From Syntrophales bacterium (GTDB lineage Bacteria; Desulfobacterota; Syntrophia; Syntrophales; UBA2210), in the NCBI GenBank assembly GCA_963666365.2, contig CAXXNF010000002.1, positions 1,088,001 to 1,152,000 on the forward strand: a DNA stretch of 64,000 bases, given 5' to 3'. The notes under the pieces are model-generated. The model worked only from the letters and a program-made list of their open reading frames with translations, was not told the origin of the DNA and did no database searches. Below are positions 9,524-18,446 of this stretch, in pieces; position 1 is the first letter of the stretch; each line of letters starts with the position of its first letter. Position numbers and translations under genes: made by a program.

Positions 9524-10936
9524 TCACCTCTCTGCCTTCAATGAGCCTTCGAAGCGACCATCCCGCAGACAGGTCAACACCTCTTTGCGATATTCTCTTG
9601 AGAAAGGCCGCGGCTCGCGCAGTATCTCGGGCACATCCGAATTCATCAGGGACAGCAGTCTATTGAGTGCGCAGTACATATCCACGGGCGGGCACACATG
9701 CCTCGTCATGTATCTGACGAGTTTAAACGTTTTGAGCGCGTCAAACCAGCTATGGATGTGCCGCAGCATCACCACATCACGTGTGCTGTTGTTTCCCAGT
9801 TTCCGCCACACCGGCGCAATGCCTTCTCTCACAAGAAAATCCGCAAGGGCAGGATGAATTTCCCTTGCCTGTTCCACTATATGTTCTTCATTACTCATTA
9901 CATTGTGCCTTATGCATTGAAGCCACTGCTTCAGGATATGAAACACTTCGGGATCATAGGTCACATAGTGAACAGGACGTCCATCGCCCAGTCGCGCCAT
10001 CGTCTTTCCCGTGCCGAAGGGGACGCGCATCGACACCCGCGCAGAGGGGCGCACGCGAGTATCGGTGATAATTGAAAGGGCCGTCGTTTTCTCCAGTTTA
10101 TTGAGAAAGTAAAAGTCTTCTCCCGCATCCCTGACACTCATTCCCCTGACCGACAGATACCCTTCCGCCGTGCAGACGATAGTTGAGCCGATGGAGTGAT
10201 AGGCGTAGGGAGACCCGGCATATTGCAGACCCAGAGTGTAATACCGTATAAATGTTTCATACCAGCATATCGCATCATCCGTCTTTTCGTCTTCTCCCTG
10301 CTGATGCGAAAAGGCAACGACAGCAGCGTTCAGTGCGCGACTCTTAAAGTGTGAGCGGATGCTTTTCAGATAGTTGGGTTCGACCAGGGCATCGGCATCA
10401 AGAGAAAAAATCAATCGCTGCCCCTGCGCATTATAATCAAACACCTTTAACGCCGCATCCATGCCGATTTTTCTCGCAAGACCCACGCCACCTCTTTTGC
10501 GCGGCAGTTCAAGGCCCGGCGACGATGCATCGATATAGGCAAGAGGAAGCCCGGCATCTATAATTTCCCTTGCTTCAGAACCGTCTTCCGGCAAGGGACG
10601 CCTGTCCATAATCCGGCGTACTGCATCGATGGTTGCGCGATTATCTGCGATATCGGCGTTCGCTGCATCTCCTTCCTCCCTGTTGTTTATCACACAGAGG
10701 GCAAGAGTTTTTTTGATCTGTGCACGATCATTTCTGGAAAGCGATGCAAGGGTTCTAAAAAGGTGCGCCGATTCCGCCAGTGCAGGAATGACGACCACAC
10801 TCTCGATACCGCCGAGAACCGGTTTTGTAATGCGCCACTTCCTGTCAGCCCCGTAACACCTCAGATACTTTTGAACCTTTGGGGGAACTGCCGCCCTTTC
10901 ATCGGCTGTATCATCGCAACTTTGTAATTTCTTCAT
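9524..10936 (-). CDS. Uncharacterised GT-A fold (family 2-like) glycosyltransferase
   Basis: VVVIPA, GGVGLARKIGMD, DxD motif (LDAD), GEDFYFL, RVPFGTG. Confidence 0.7.
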   Translation of the reverse strand: MKKLQSCDDTADERAAVPPKVQKYLRCYGADRKWRITKPVLGGIESVVVIPALAESAHLFRTLASLSRNDRAQIKKTLALCVINNREEGDAANADIADNRATIDAVRRIMDRRPLPEDGSEAREIIDAGLPLAYIDASSPGLELPRKRGGVGLARKIGMDAALKVFDYNAQGQRLIFSLDADALVEPNYLKSIRSHFKSRALNAAVVAFSHQQGEDEKTDDAICWYETFIRYYTLGLQYAGSPYAYHSIGSTIVCTAEGYLSVRGMSVRDAGEDFYFLNKLEKTTALSIITDTRVRPSARVSMRVPFGTGKTMARLGDGRPVHYVTYDPEVFHILKQWLQCIRHNVMSNEEHIVEQAREIHPALADFLVREGIAPVWRKLGNNSTRDVVMLRHIHSWFDALKTFKLVRYMTRHVCPPVDMYCALNRLLSLMNSDVPEILREPRPFSREYRKEVLTCLRDGRFEGSLKAER

Positions 10937-11877
10937 ACCCCTCCCATGCGCGCTTCTACCAGGGATTTGAGAGAAAAATAGTCATCGAATTCGAACCAGT
11001 GTATGCCTATTCCCTTCCGCTCCATCCGCCTGAACCAGGTTTCCTGCCTTTTTGCAAACTGCCTGATCCGTGCAGTAAGAACAGTTACCATTTCGTCATA
11101 GGTAAGTTCACCTTGAAGGTACCTGCCCACATATCGATATTCGAGACCGAAGGAGTCCAGCTTTTCCCAGCTTAGCCCCCCCAGATGAAGTTCTTTCACT
11201 TCTTCCACCATCCCCATCTTCAAACGATCCCGCAGACGCAGTTCTATGCGCTTGTGCAGCAGTGATCGTTCAATGCGTATGCCTGTTACAAGAGGGATAA
11301 CGTCCGGTTTTTTAACCATTGTATCCGATGGGGCGCAGACACTCCGCTCTTCTATTTCTATGGCTCTGATCAGACGGCTTTTATCAAGAAGATCGGTGGT
11401 GTTGTGGAGCGCGGGATTGAGATCATGCAAGCGCTTCCGAAGCGTTTCCATGTCATGCCCTTCGAGTTCCTCATGCATCTGCGGATCTGGAGGAACCCGC
11501 GCCATGTCGTACCCCTCTATAACCGATTCGAGATAGAGGCCTGTGCCGCCGACAAGAATCGGGATTGCCCGACGCTGATGCACTTCCTCAAAGACACGGT
11601 AGAATTGCTGCTGATATTCGAAGAGATTGAACTCATACTCGGGATCGACAATGTCAATCAGGTGGTACGGAATCGATCGACCTTTTTTTGAAAATTCCCC
11701 GTAATCCTTTCCCGTTCCAAGATCCATGCCGCGATACACCTGCCGCGAGTCGGCAGAAATGATTTCTCCGCCTGTATCTAAGGCAAGGTCAACCGCCAGG
11801 CTGGTTTTTCCCGACGCCGTGGGGCCAAGGATGACAACAAGATTATATGGCTTTCTATGGTCTCTGCAATCGGACAT
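10933..11877 (-). CDS. miaA: tRNA dimethylallyltransferase
   Basis: GPTASGKT, ISADSRQVYRGMDLGTGK, VGGTGLY, RQFAKRQETWFR. Confidence 0.95.
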   Translation of the reverse strand: MSDCRDHRKPYNLVVILGPTASGKTSLAVDLALDTGGEIISADSRQVYRGMDLGTGKDYGEFSKKGRSIPYHLIDIVDPEYEFNLFEYQQQFYRVFEEVHQRRAIPILVGGTGLYLESVIEGYDMARVPPDPQMHEELEGHDMETLRKRLHDLNPALHNTTDLLDKSRLIRAIEIEERSVCAPSDTMVKKPDVIPLVTGIRIERSLLHKRIELRLRDRLKMGMVEEVKELHLGGLSWEKLDSFGLEYRYVGRYLQGELTYDEMVTVLTARIRQFAKRQETWFRRMERKGIGIHWFEFDDYFSLKSLVEARMGGV

Positions 11878-12031
11878 GGATTAGAACGTCTCGTACCTCG
11901 GGTTCCATTCCGTATATCAGAATTTTCGAGATGCGAAAACCATATGTGTCACAATACGGCGGGAGGTGTGTTATGAAGTAATCGAGAGGGGAAATCCTTT
12001 ATGTAAAGAAAATCCCCCCGCTTGTTTCGAG

Positions 12032-12427
12032 TTACAGTTTCACTGTGAGTACCGGACATGGAGAGTTCAGAATAACGTACTGGGCATTTGAGCCGAGCAG
12101 AAATTTTCCTACTTTCGATCTCATCTTCACTCCCACTATCACTAATTCAGCTTTTTGCTCCGCGGCAAACTCGACAATATCCTCACCGGGAGTGAGACCA
12201 TGAATCAGAAGATGGGCTTCACATTCAAGGCCCTCTTTTTTCACTGCTTCTTCCGCGTATTGAAGTCCTTTTCTCGCATTGTCTATGTCGTCAACCTTCT
12301 CATTTCGACCGCCTTCGAGAGAAGTAATCACTATCACCTTTGCCCCAAGAATCTTTGCATACTTTTTTGCGAGATCCAGTGCCATCTGAGACATTCTCGA
12401 CCCTTCATACCCTACAATTATTTTCAT
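12032..12427 (-). CDS. Universal stress protein (UspA family)
   Basis: MKIIVGYEGS...GKFLLGSNAQYVILNSPCPVLTVK. Confidence 0.92.
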   Translation of the reverse strand: MKIIVGYEGSRMSQMALDLAKKYAKILGAKVIVITSLEGGRNEKVDDIDNARKGLQYAEEAVKKEGLECEAHLLIHGLTPGEDIVEFAAEQKAELVIVGVKMRSKVGKFLLGSNAQYVILNSPCPVLTVKL

Positions 12428-12522
12428 GCCTTCCTCCTTTTTCTCGAAGCCTCAAAGATTTTATTACATCCTAAAATTATGAATGAATTTTGGCAATGTT
12501 TTTTTTCATAATGAATATAGTG

Positions 12523-13764
12523 TCAATCCAGGCGGTGAACGAAAAGGCCGCTACGGAGTTTCGGCTCGAACCACGTGGATTTGGGAGGCATAATATGCCC
12601 CGAATCGGAAACCGCCATCAACTGGTTCATATCGGTGGGATACAACGAAATTGCCAGTTCATATTCACCGGAATCCACACGCTGTTCGAGTTCTTTTGTT
12701 CCCCGTATACCCCCTACGAAATCAATTCTTGGATCATGTCTCATGTCGGCAATGCCGAGAATAGGCGTAAGCAGGGTATTTTCGAGCAGCGATACATCAA
12801 GGGACTCCACAATCCCCATATCCGCAGGCAATGGACCTCTGAGCGAAAGTTTGTACCAGCATCCCTTCATATACATTCCGAATTCACGTGAATTCCGCGG
12901 CGCTTTTTCCTTGAAAGGACTGAAAAGGTAAAAATGTTTTTCAACAGTCGTCATGAAATGTTCCGCACTCATGCCGCCGAGATCCTTTACGATTCTGTGG
13001 TAGGGAAGAATTTTAAGCTGGTCATGGGGAAAGATAACGGCCATTATTCGATTGTACGATTCGTTGCCCCTGTGGGCCGGGTTTCTTTCACGGCGCAGCT
13101 TTGCCACCGTCGCTGCCGATGCGGCACGGTGATGACCGTCCGCGATGTACAGGGCGTCTACCGCCGCAAACTTCTCTGTGAGCGCCCCTATCAAATCATC
13201 ACGGTCAATAACCCAGACCGTATGAACGATTCCATCATCGGCGGTGAAATGATACTCCGGTTCACCCTCGACAACCTTCTTTACTATAGCATCGATGGAG
13301 GTCCGGCTTTTATAGGTCATAAATACGGGGCCCGTTTGCGCCCCCACGATGTCTATGTGGCGTGTTCGGTCCATCTCCTTGTCGGCGCGGGTTAATTCGT
13401 GCCGCTTTATTGTTCCTGCCTCATATTCTTCTGTATCGACAAGTGCCACGACGCCATGCTGCACGTGATCGCCCATTTGTTGACGGTATATGTATAATCT
13501 GGGGGTTTGATCCTGCATGAAAATCCCCTCACCTATCATAGCGGCAAATGTATCCCGCGCCTTGTCATAGACGATTGCGTCATAACTATCCGTCGCATCG
13601 GGTAAGTCAATTTCCGATTTGATTACATGTAAAAAACTTTTTGAATTCCCCCGGGCAATACTTCGGGCCTCTTGACGATTCACCACATCGTAGGCGCAGG
13701 AGGCCACATCCTTTGCGTACTCTTTTTTTGGCCTGAAGGCCTTAAACGGTTCTATTACACTCAT
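12523..13764 (-). CDS. DUF1015 family protein
   Basis: IKRHELTR, YIADGHHR, MPPKSTWFEPKLRSGL. Confidence 0.92.
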   Translation of the reverse strand: MSVIEPFKAFRPKKEYAKDVASCAYDVVNRQEARSIARGNSKSFLHVIKSEIDLPDATDSYDAIVYDKARDTFAAMIGEGIFMQDQTPRLYIYRQQMGDHVQHGVVALVDTEEYEAGTIKRHELTRADKEMDRTRHIDIVGAQTGPVFMTYKSRTSIDAIVKKVVEGEPEYHFTADDGIVHTVWVIDRDDLIGALTEKFAAVDALYIADGHHRAASAATVAKLRRERNPAHRGNESYNRIMAVIFPHDQLKILPYHRIVKDLGGMSAEHFMTTVEKHFYLFSPFKEKAPRNSREFGMYMKGCWYKLSLRGPLPADMGIVESLDVSLLENTLLTPILGIADMRHDPRIDFVGGIRGTKELEQRVDSGEYELAISLYPTDMNQLMAVSDSGHIMPPKSTWFEPKLRSGLFVHRLD

Positions 13765-13980
13765 TAATCTCTACAACTCCCTTTAAATTCGTGTAGTTCT
13801 AGCATAAATGCGCTCCTAAGATCAACAGAATTACATCGCAGGTCCCTCTTTATCGGTCTGTCACTTGCAAAATTTCACGCTGAGTAGTAAGGAAAGTGGA
13901 AAAGTAGGAAGAGTGGGAAGAGGGGTTTTATTTTTCAGACGTCTCATCCCACTCCTTAATGATGCGAAGGGAAGAATCCG

Positions 13981-14463
13981 ATGAGCGATGTAACGAGGGT
14001 GTTTATCCACGGACTCGAAAGCAGCGGGAAGGGCACGAAAGGCCTGTTTTTCAGTGAACATTACCCTGACATGATTATTGAAGATTATTATGGCCCGCTC
14101 GGCGCAAGAATGGATACGCTGCAAAAGGTCCTTGAAGGGAAGGATGCGCTCATTCTCGTGGGTTCCAGTTATGGTGGATTGATGGCGGTGTTGTTTGCCT
14201 GCGCCAACCCGGAGAGGGTGAAAAAACTGATCCTGCTGGCGCCGGCTCTCGAACTGCAGGAGTGTGCCGAGTTCAAAGACAGGCGGCTCGATATCCCTGC
14301 AATCGTCTATCACGGGCGGCATGATGACGTTGTGCCTGTAGAGCCGGTACGAAAAATTGCCGCCGACATGTTTCCAAACCTCGAGCACCACATTATTGAT
14401 GACAACCATTCCATAGAAAAAAACTTCAAATTGCTGGATTGGAAACGTCTCCTGTGCTATTGA
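13981..14463 (+). CDS. Small alpha/beta hydrolase (YqiA-like esterase)
   Basis: FIHGLESS, GSSYGG nucleophile elbow, HGRHDDVV, DDNH. Confidence 0.88.
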   Translation: MSDVTRVFIHGLESSGKGTKGLFFSEHYPDMIIEDYYGPLGARMDTLQKVLEGKDALILVGSSYGGLMAVLFACANPERVKKLILLAPALELQECAEFKDRRLDIPAIVYHGRHDDVVPVEPVRKIAADMFPNLEHHIIDDNHSIEKNFKLLDWKRLLCY

Positions 14464-14487
14464 CAATCAGTTGCGCTGTTGTATATT
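14460..14487 (+). promoter_or_regulatory. Putative sigma70 promoter for the NIL-ferredoxin gene
   Basis: TTGACA-16 bp-TATATT. Confidence 0.5.
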
Positions 14488-14535
14488 CATTCTTGACGCA
14501 TCATATGCGAGTGAAGTGATAGAAGGACCGATCAA

Positions 14536-14955
14536 ATGGAAGCATCATTTTCACAAAAAATTGTGATTCGGTATACTGCAGAGAACGTGAGTCAACCTGT
14601 GGTGTGCAGGCTCGCCCGGGATTATGACCTGGATTTCAACATCCTCCATGCCCGGGTCCTTCCCAAGCGCGAGGGGGTGCTGGCGCTCGATCTGTCAGGG
14701 ACAAAGGAAAATTTCGACCGGGGCATTCGATATCTGAAAGAGGCGGGACTCAGGGTAGAACCGCTGTCGAAAAGCGTCACCCGCAATGTTGAGCGGTGTG
14801 TCCACTGTGGATCATGCACGGCGTTCTGTTCCACCGGCGCCCTTTCCATCGATCCCGTAACCATGGAGGTTATCTTCGATTCCGATCGCTGCAGCGGCTG
14901 TTCGATCTGTGTCAAGGCGTGCCCGGCGCGGGCCATGGAAATCAATCTTCTCTGA
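14536..14955 (+). CDS. NIL domain plus 2x[4Fe-4S] ferredoxin protein
   Basis: FNILHA (NIL motif); CVHCGSCTAFC and CSGCSICVKACP. Confidence 0.9.
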   Translation: MEASFSQKIVIRYTAENVSQPVVCRLARDYDLDFNILHARVLPKREGVLALDLSGTKENFDRGIRYLKEAGLRVEPLSKSVTRNVERCVHCGSCTAFCSTGALSIDPVTMEVIFDSDRCSGCSICVKACPARAMEINLL

Positions 14956-14959
14956 GGAA

Positions 14960-15292
14960 TTATTTTTTATCTGCGAAGAATTCACTCCCCTTCTCGACGA
15001 TTCTGTCTACTTTTTCTGTAAAGACTTTGCCTTTTTCGATCGCACCTCTGCCCTTTTCCATGATGTCGCCTGTATGAGTCCTGACGTCCTCTATGGTGGT
15101 TTGAATTTTGTCGGAAAATTCATTCGGCGCCTTGTAGTAGAGGTACCCGGCAATGCACAAAAGCACTATCCCGAGTATTAAAACCAGTTTGATGATTTTT
15201 TTCATCAGGAAGTAGAAAATTAAAAGCGCCAGAAGCGCCATCGCCATCAGAGCGACCGGGTTGGCAGACAGATACTGCAATAAATCGTCCAA
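14960..15292 (-). CDS. Hypothetical membrane protein (2 TM plus charged tail)
   Basis: AGGAGG RBS before TTG 15292; two hydrophobic segments. Confidence 0.7.
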   Translation of the reverse strand: MDDLLQYLSANPVALMAMALLALLIFYFLMKKIIKLVLILGIVLLCIAGYLYYKAPNEFSDKIQTTIEDVRTHTGDIMEKGRGAIEKGKVFTEKVDRIVEKGSEFFADKK

Positions 15293-15315
15293 CGGGAATA
15301 CCTCCTGCAACGGCG

Positions 15316-15729
15316 TTAGAGGGTGATAACCGGTCTAAACAGAGGAATGGCGACCTCTTCGGTTCTGTCATCCCAGACCACTTCAACCGGCATGTTGCAC
15401 CGCACCTCATCGGGCCGGCATCCGATTATATTTGTGATGAGATGAGGCCCTTCATCAAGTTCCACTATCGCCGCCACATAGGGAACCTCTCCGGTGAATG
15501 CGGGATGAAAGGCCTTGTGATACACGACATAGCTGTACACTCGTCCCCTCCCTGACGCAACAGTCCATTCCGAGTTTCTTGAGCAGCACTTCGGGCAGAG
15601 AAACGAAGGCGGCATACGAAAGGCGCCACAGTTGCGGCACTGCTGGATTTTCAGCTGGTGTGTTCCACAGGCGTCCCAGAACGGCTTTGTATCGGCATTG
15701 ATGCCCGGCAAAGGTTTAATATCGCTCAT
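15316..15729 (-). CDS. DUF35 Zn-ribbon/OB-fold protein (ChsH2 C-terminal-like thiolase partner)
   Basis: PFWDAC, CRNC...CPKC, GRGRVYSYVV, PYVAAIVELDEGP; 4 nt after the thiolase stop. Confidence 0.92.
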   Translation of the reverse strand: MSDIKPLPGINADTKPFWDACGTHQLKIQQCRNCGAFRMPPSFLCPKCCSRNSEWTVASGRGRVYSYVVYHKAFHPAFTGEVPYVAAIVELDEGPHLITNIIGCRPDEVRCNMPVEVVWDDRTEEVAIPLFRPVITL

Positions 15730-15733
15730 GATA

Positions 15734-16888
15734 TTACCACCTCCTCAGTATGTAACAGGCATGGGTTTGCAATATGCCCCCATTATCGCTGCACAGAATT
15801 ATTTCCGGTTCTCTTGTGTCGGTGGCGGGACCCAGTTGCCGACCGCCGCAACGACCCATGAGCTGCATGACTGCTTCCGTAAGCGGCGTCAGTCCCATAT
15901 GATAGGCTTCCGAAAGCTGTCCCCCTGAGGTATTGACCGGCATGGCGCCTCCCGGTTCGATTGTTCCGCCGGCAAACCATCCCTCTCCTTCGCCGGGACC
16001 GAAAAATCCATAATCCTGAAGAGTTATTTCAACCGTGTAGGTAAAACAGTCGTAAATTTCACAGGCATCTATATCGGAAAGGGCAATTCCCGCCATATGA
16101 AGGGCGTCCGCACCCGCTCTCACGGCGCCGGTGGGGCCGGCAAGATGGAGGGCCGTCTGAAGATCAGCCGACGGGTTGTGCTGCCCCATCCCCATAATCG
16201 TGACAAGATTGTGTTTGAGGTCGCGGGCGCGTTCAACCGTTGTTACTATGCAGGCCCTTCCTCCATCATTGATCAGGCAGTTATCGGGAAGGCGGAATGG
16301 TTCGACCAGCCATTTTGAATTGAGATACTCTTCCTCGGTCATCGTGCGATCATGCATTATGGCCCGTGGATTGAGGTTCGCCCACTTTCGCTGCCCTACG
16401 GCGATGTGTTTCCATGTATCGGGACCGGTATGAAATTCATGCATCGCCCTGCGTGCGGCCATTGCATATCCCCCCGTTGCACCAAAAAGACCCCATATCG
16501 CTTCGTCACCGCTCATTTCCGTGAGCATTTTTACCATGCTGTCGCCAGAATGAGCGTACGAGAGAAGCACATAGTTACAAAGACCCGATTCAAGCGCGCC
16601 AACTGCGTGCAGTAAATGACTGCGCGATCAATTCGCGTCCTGCGCCATAAATGTGGGAGATAATCCCAGCTGCTGCGCCACAAGATAGGGCGTCACATCC
16701 CTTTCACCGGTCGGTGCAATAAAATGTCTGTAGAGAATAAGCCCGTCGATGTCCCGGGGGTTTAACCCCGCATCTTCAATCGCCTGCGCGCATGCCTCCA
16801 GATGAAAACTGAGCGTTGTTCTATCCGACACGTTCCCCTGAGGGGTATATCCTACCCCGACTATGGCATATTTGTCCTTCACACTCAT
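15734..16888 (-). CDS. Thiolase-fold (SCP2/Ltp2-like) protein, 384 aa, in-frame UGA at codon 87 (probable selenocysteine)
   Basis: Tracked ORFs 16628-16930 and 15734-16570 share one frame and only TGA 16628-16630 separates them. AAGGAGG RBS before ATG 16888. Motifs AIVGVG, AIEDAGL, NPRAI, EIYDCFT, NTSGGQLSEAY. Confidence 0.8.
16594..16625 (-). promoter_or_regulatory. Candidate bacterial SECIS hairpin
   Basis: After UGA: uc GCGC a GUCA uuu ACUG CACG CAGU UGGC GCGC, 12 bp with a U bulge and the apical loop about 18-19 nt after UGA (folded by hand). Confidence 0.5.
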
Positions 16889-16945
16889 AGGGCCCTCCTT
16901 TTCGACTGCAGTATTTCCGTTTATATGCACACGACTCGAATTCCC

Positions 16946-17494
16946 CTAGAGAGAGGCATTCAGCTCGTCCCCTGATTCATTGATTTCATTGTCCCCCGTG
17001 AGCTGTTTTTTCAGTTTTTCGATTTCCTTACGCGCCCTTACAAGATCATCCGTGGTAATTTTCAGGCGTTCGACAAGAATTTCCGAGAAAATACGATAGA
17101 GCATACAGGAAAATACAAGCTTATCTTTTCCCGCTAACTTCTCCAAAGCTGCCACATCCGTTGCAATACACACCGTCTCGCTTACCGCATAGGCGGAGGC
17201 CGAGCGGGGCGCCCCTCCCGCCGCCGCCATCTCACCGAAAATATCGCCCCTTCGCTTAATAAGCGTGACCTCTCTATTGTCTTTCACGATCCTGACAGAT
17301 CCCGATAAGAGCAGATAGAGGAGAGTATCGCGGTTTCCCTCATCAATGATATATTCCCCGGCGTCATATCGATTGATTGTGCTCAACTTCAGAGCGCCTT
17401 GAAACTCTTCTTCCGAGAAGGATTTTAAAATCGGCAGCTCTCGAACTTGTGACATCAACTCCTGACTCAGCTCGACAAAGTTCGATTGAAGCAT
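16946..17494 (-). CDS. Stand-alone cyclic nucleotide-binding domain protein
   Basis: YIIDEG, GDIFGEMA...PRSASAYA; no HTH; coiled-coil-like tail. Confidence 0.88.
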   Translation of the reverse strand: MLQSNFVELSQELMSQVRELPILKSFSEEEFQGALKLSTINRYDAGEYIIDEGNRDTLLYLLLSGSVRIVKDNREVTLIKRRGDIFGEMAAAGGAPRSASAYAVSETVCIATDVAALEKLAGKDKLVFSCMLYRIFSEILVERLKITTDDLVRARKEIEKLKKQLTGDNEINESGDELNASL

Positions 17495-17611
17495 CGTTTT
17501 ATTCCACCTTTCTTCTGCCGTATATAGTGAACTCTATTACACCAAAAAGGGCATCTATATCAATAAGTGAGGCGAAGCGACACTATGATCTTGCCTGTTC
17601 CCCCTTCAGTC

Positions 17612-18427
17612 TCATAGCTCGATGCTGTCAAAAGGGCGTAGAATTCTGATGGTCGCCTTCGGCACCGATGCCCCTATGCGCTCTATAAAGGACTTCATTT
17701 TTAAAAAAGGAAGTGAAGCTACGTACCCGTCTTTTCCAACCGGAAGGGTAAAATCATCAAAGTGGAAGGGGATGATAAGCGACGGCTTCAACATCTGCAG
17801 GAGGGATGTCGTGTATTCTGCTGCATATTCCCATCCGGGAACACACAGGCACAGCACGTCACACCATCGCCCTTCAAGTTCCGATTCGATAAAGTTCGCA
17901 CTCCCCACATGAATAAAGGAAATCCCGTCGATTTCAAGATGCGGCATAAACATCCCGCCCAATCGATACTCTTTCGCCTTCAAGGGAAGACGGGCTGAGG
18001 GATCTATTTCACCGGGGTAGGGCACCTTTCCCATAAGCACCCTCCCGTGACAGGAAGGAATCATGGTCACGGCGGCGGCGCTGATTTGAATACGTTCATT
18101 ACCCTTACATACGATGACGCGTTCCTCTTCACCATAGAACCCCATGAGCGTCTGAAGACTTTCGCTTCCAATGACCGGTCCTTCGCAATACTTTGCCATC
18201 AGCGGTATGTCCAGGGCATGGTCAAAATGCGTATGTCCGACAATGATCGCTGCGCAGGGCGCCGAGAGGGATTCGGCATAGGCGCCGACGCTGTCTTCGC
18301 GGGGGGTGAGGAATCCGAGAAAAATCTCTCGCTTCGACGGCCGGGAAAGATAGGGATCGATCAGCATCGTCCTTCCCTTCGCAGTGATTTCGCAGCCCGC
18401 CGTACCCAGCCATCGGAATGTCACCAT
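17612..18427 (-). CDS. Metallo-beta-lactamase-fold hydrolase
   Basis: RWLGTAG, IDPYLSR, HTHFDH, IPFHFDDF. Confidence 0.9.
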   Translation of the reverse strand: MVTFRWLGTAGCEITAKGRTMLIDPYLSRPSKREIFLGFLTPREDSVGAYAESLSAPCAAIIVGHTHFDHALDIPLMAKYCEGPVIGSESLQTLMGFYGEEERVIVCKGNERIQISAAAVTMIPSCHGRVLMGKVPYPGEIDPSARLPLKAKEYRLGGMFMPHLEIDGISFIHVGSANFIESELEGRWCDVLCLCVPGWEYAAEYTTSLLQMLKPSLIIPFHFDDFTLPVGKDGYVASLPFLKMKSFIERIGASVPKATIRILRPFDSIEL

Positions 18428-18446
18428 TGCGCAGCTCACTCCCTTT

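Noticed and set aside
15734..16930. Two separate genes (100 aa and 278 aa) as in the ORF track
   Set aside because: They share one frame, thiolase homology continues across the TGA, and there is no RBS before GTG 16570
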